This document shows, in pieces, positions 61,524 through 64,000 of a stretch of DNA of 64,000 nt (positions are counted from its first letter, which is position 1; every line of letters starts with the position of its first letter). The stretch is from Cirrosporium novae-zelandiae. Lineage: Eukaryota. The notes beneath the pieces were generated by a model. The model was not told the DNA's origin. It searched no databases and worked only from the letters and a program-made list of their open reading frames with translations. The stretch lies in assembly GCA_026023565.1 (NCBI GenBank), contig JAPETS010000021.1:124001-188000 (forward strand), given 5' to 3'. Made by a program: the position numbers and the translations under genes.

Positions 61524-62784
61524 TGCTTAGAAATGGGCCGTGTTACCTATGGGTTAGCGGGCTGGGCTTAGGTTGTGGGAGTGAGATAATGGATGGATGG
61601 AATCACGCATTCATTCAGTCAGAAAGTCGGCGTAGGGATTTGACTTGTGATCCAACGATTGAGAGGCTCAAGTTTGCTTTCCAGTGTTGGGCAGTACTTT
61701 GCAGTGTTTCCAGGGCTTCCAGTGTTGTGGAATGCCCCTCAAAGACCATCCATAGGACCAACGGGGGCCCCTCGGAGGGGATTGGGTTTATGGTTATCGG
61801 GGGACCCGGGTTGTGCCGTTTCAGAGAAGAAAAAATCAAAAATGAAAGGAATTGTTACATCATCGTCATCAACCCATCAACCCATACCAACAAACCATAC
61901 ACACCCCCACTCTGCATCTACCCATCTACCACCCTCCCCTCCCTAAAGCACCCTGCGTCCGATCTTCGGCTTCCAAATGTACTAAAAACTATGAACAGGA
62001 GTTCAAGTCTTCCATACACACCACCACTACAACACTCCAGAAATTGTGGTCCACCATCGGCTTTCTTGTTTGTTCGCCTGGTTCCTGATTCTGTATAGCG
62101 TATCCATCATCTTCCCCTCGAAATTCTGGTTGAAGTTGGAATAGTGGTAAATTTGATTTGGAAGCGCTTCTTTGTTTTGGTTCATGAAAAGTAAATTTCA
62201 AGAAGAAGAAGAAGAAGCAACCTTACAAATAGTAATGCGCCTTAATAATTATCCCTCCCTAAATGCCGATGATGGATGGACAAAGCCGCAGAATGGAAGC
62301 AGAAAGCGCTAAACGAGCACGCAATCCATCAAGTTCATGATGAGATTCCAAACAACGGTCACCAATAATGGAAAGTCTATCAAATACACAAATCAAGCAT
62401 GAGTAATCCATTCAGCACGCAATCATTTTTTTTCTCTTCTATCGGTTCCACTCTGAGCCCTGGGTTTCTAATCTATGCTTGTTCAGTGAAGAAGTGTCAT
62501 GTTAAATATAACAATAAATACTTCTCCCACTTTTTTTTTTCCAATATTCATTCCAGTGTCGTGTGCCTGTCTCTCTTCTCTATCCTTGGGTGGTTTCTTG
62601 TCCGTCATCTTGACTGGCCTGCTCCGTTGACCGCAAACCAACCTCTACCTCGAACAAGAAAAAACTCCTTGACAGCTTGTGGAAACCCCACATCACAGTC
62701 CCTCTTTAGACTGTCAAGATCCCTTTTTTTTCTTTTGGTTCGTCCCAGACCATTAGATATCGATAGAACTCCTGCCCTTCCAGC

Positions 62785-63726
62785 ATGTCCTCCTCCGAAC
62801 ACGAAGAAATGGCAACTTCAAAGACCGAATTGGAATCAGGATACGCTTCAGCGTCTTCCTCCTCGCCCTCCTTTCCTCTAGTCCATCTCACCCCTTCTCA
62901 CCTTACATTCTTGAACAATACGCTGGCCAATCTGCCTCCGCAAGACATCCTGAAGTGGGCTCTCCTTACCGTTCCAAATCTTTATCAAACAACGGCCCTA
63001 GGTCTTTCAGGTCTGGTCACCATGGACATGTTATCTAAGATCAACCTACCCAACCGGAAGGTCCCCGCCATCTTCCTCGACACACTCCACCACTTCTCCG
63101 AAACCCTGGATCTCCTGGACAGCATCAAGTCCCACTACCCTCGCCTGACCATCCACGTCTACAAACCATTGCACTGCGAGAGCGCAGACGAATTCGCCGC
63201 TATGCACGGTCCCGAACTCTGGAAGACCAACGAGCAACTCTACGATTACGTTGCCAAGGTCGAGCCCGCTCAACGAGCCTACTCTGAGCTCAATGTGGCA
63301 GCCGTGCTCACCGGACGTCGTCGCTCACAGGGGGCTGCTCGCTCGTCCCTCCCCGTCATCGAAATCGACGAGGCCGGCCTGCTCAAGCTAAACCCTCTCG
63401 CCAATTGGTCATTCTCCCAGGTATGGGCTTACATCAAAGAACACGACGTGCCCTACAACGCCCTAGTCGATCGCGGTTACAAGAGCGTCGGAGACTGGCA
63501 CAGCACAGAGAAAGTCAACGACAGCGATGGCGAACGCGGTGGTCGGTGGAAAGGAAGGGAGAAGACGGAATGCGGCATCCATAACCCCAGGAGCAAGTAT
63601 GCGCGCTTCCTGCGGGAGATGCAGATGAAGGAGAGTATGGAGGAGGGGGTCAGGAAGCGATTGGAGGGTGTGCAGCTAGCTCAATCAGGGTCCCAGGAAC
63701 AACCACAAGAAACCCAACAATTATAA
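62785..63726 (+). CDS. MET16: PAPS (phosphoadenylyl-sulfate) reductase
   Basis: LYQTTALGLSGLV, FLDTLHHF.ET, YD..AKVEP..RAY, TGRRRSQG..R, PYN.L.DRGY.SVGDWHST, ERGGRW.G..KTECGIH. Confidence 0.97.
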   Translation: MSSSEHEEMATSKTELESGYASASSSSPSFPLVHLTPSHLTFLNNTLANLPPQDILKWALLTVPNLYQTTALGLSGLVTMDMLSKINLPNRKVPAIFLDTLHHFSETLDLLDSIKSHYPRLTIHVYKPLHCESADEFAAMHGPELWKTNEQLYDYVAKVEPAQRAYSELNVAAVLTGRRRSQGAARSSLPVIEIDEAGLLKLNPLANWSFSQVWAYIKEHDVPYNALVDRGYKSVGDWHSTEKVNDSDGERGGRWKGREKTECGIHNPRSKYARFLREMQMKESMEEGVRKRLEGVQLAQSGSQEQPQETQQL

Positions 63727-64000
63727 CAATGCATAGCCCGAGTCGAGGCAAATGTATTGTAGATTTTTTTTGGCTGGATTGGTTAACGTTACCTTTTTGG
63801 GTTTTTTAGCATGGCGCTGGTGGATTTCTTTTCATGTTTGTAATGATTGATGTACATTTTGCGTACCTGTCGGTCTTGACGGTGAATGATGGATGGGATA
63901 GACGACAAAAATATTTTTATGCATGTTTTGATGTTGAACGAATGTTGGATCTAAAAAAAAAAGGGTTAGCCCTCTTGGTAAAAAAAAAAAGATTTAATGT

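Noticed and set aside
61523..62881. ORFs of 191 and 160 aa and a GC-rich stretch with GAAAGTC (RNase P/MRP-like) between SER2 and MET16
   Set aside because: No protein motifs, and no complementary P4 3' strand or other conserved RNA regions found.
1..64000. CRISPR arrays, prokaryotic defence systems, intact transposons, secondary-metabolite cluster
   Set aside because: Eukaryotic locus; no repeat-spacer array, transposase/RT or PKS/NRPS backbone gene seen.

Overview
Eukaryotic DNA from a filamentous ascomycete (Pezizomycotina-type): intron-containing genes with GT/GC-AG sites and CTRAC branch points, separated by AT-rich, microsatellite-rich intergenic tracts. The ORF track splits or misses many genes, so models were spliced by hand. 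About 21 intact genes: LaeA-like methyltransferase, small secreted 6-Cys protein, secreted kelch-like/TM protein, VMS1, a conserved hypothetical, a GT8/GNT1-like protein, PRP38, GYP2/MDR1, a coiled-coil/TQT-repeat/TM protein, an ALYREF/Yra1-like RRM protein, ISD11 (almost invisible in the ORF track), VMA22, a disordered hypothetical, an EI24/RRT8-like protein, a PA-TM-RING E3 ligase, an aquaporin, a DPR-repeat dehydrin, RRP40, SSZ1, SER2 and MET16. There are also two gene relics. No rRNA, tRNA, CRISPR or intact transposon was recognised. Best leads: a membrane-anchored protein with many LC8-type TQT motifs, possible autoregulatory splicing in the ALYREF-like gene, an aquaporin+dehydrin tandem, and the divergent SER2/MET16 pair with a repeated promoter motif. 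All family calls come from motif recognition, not database searches.
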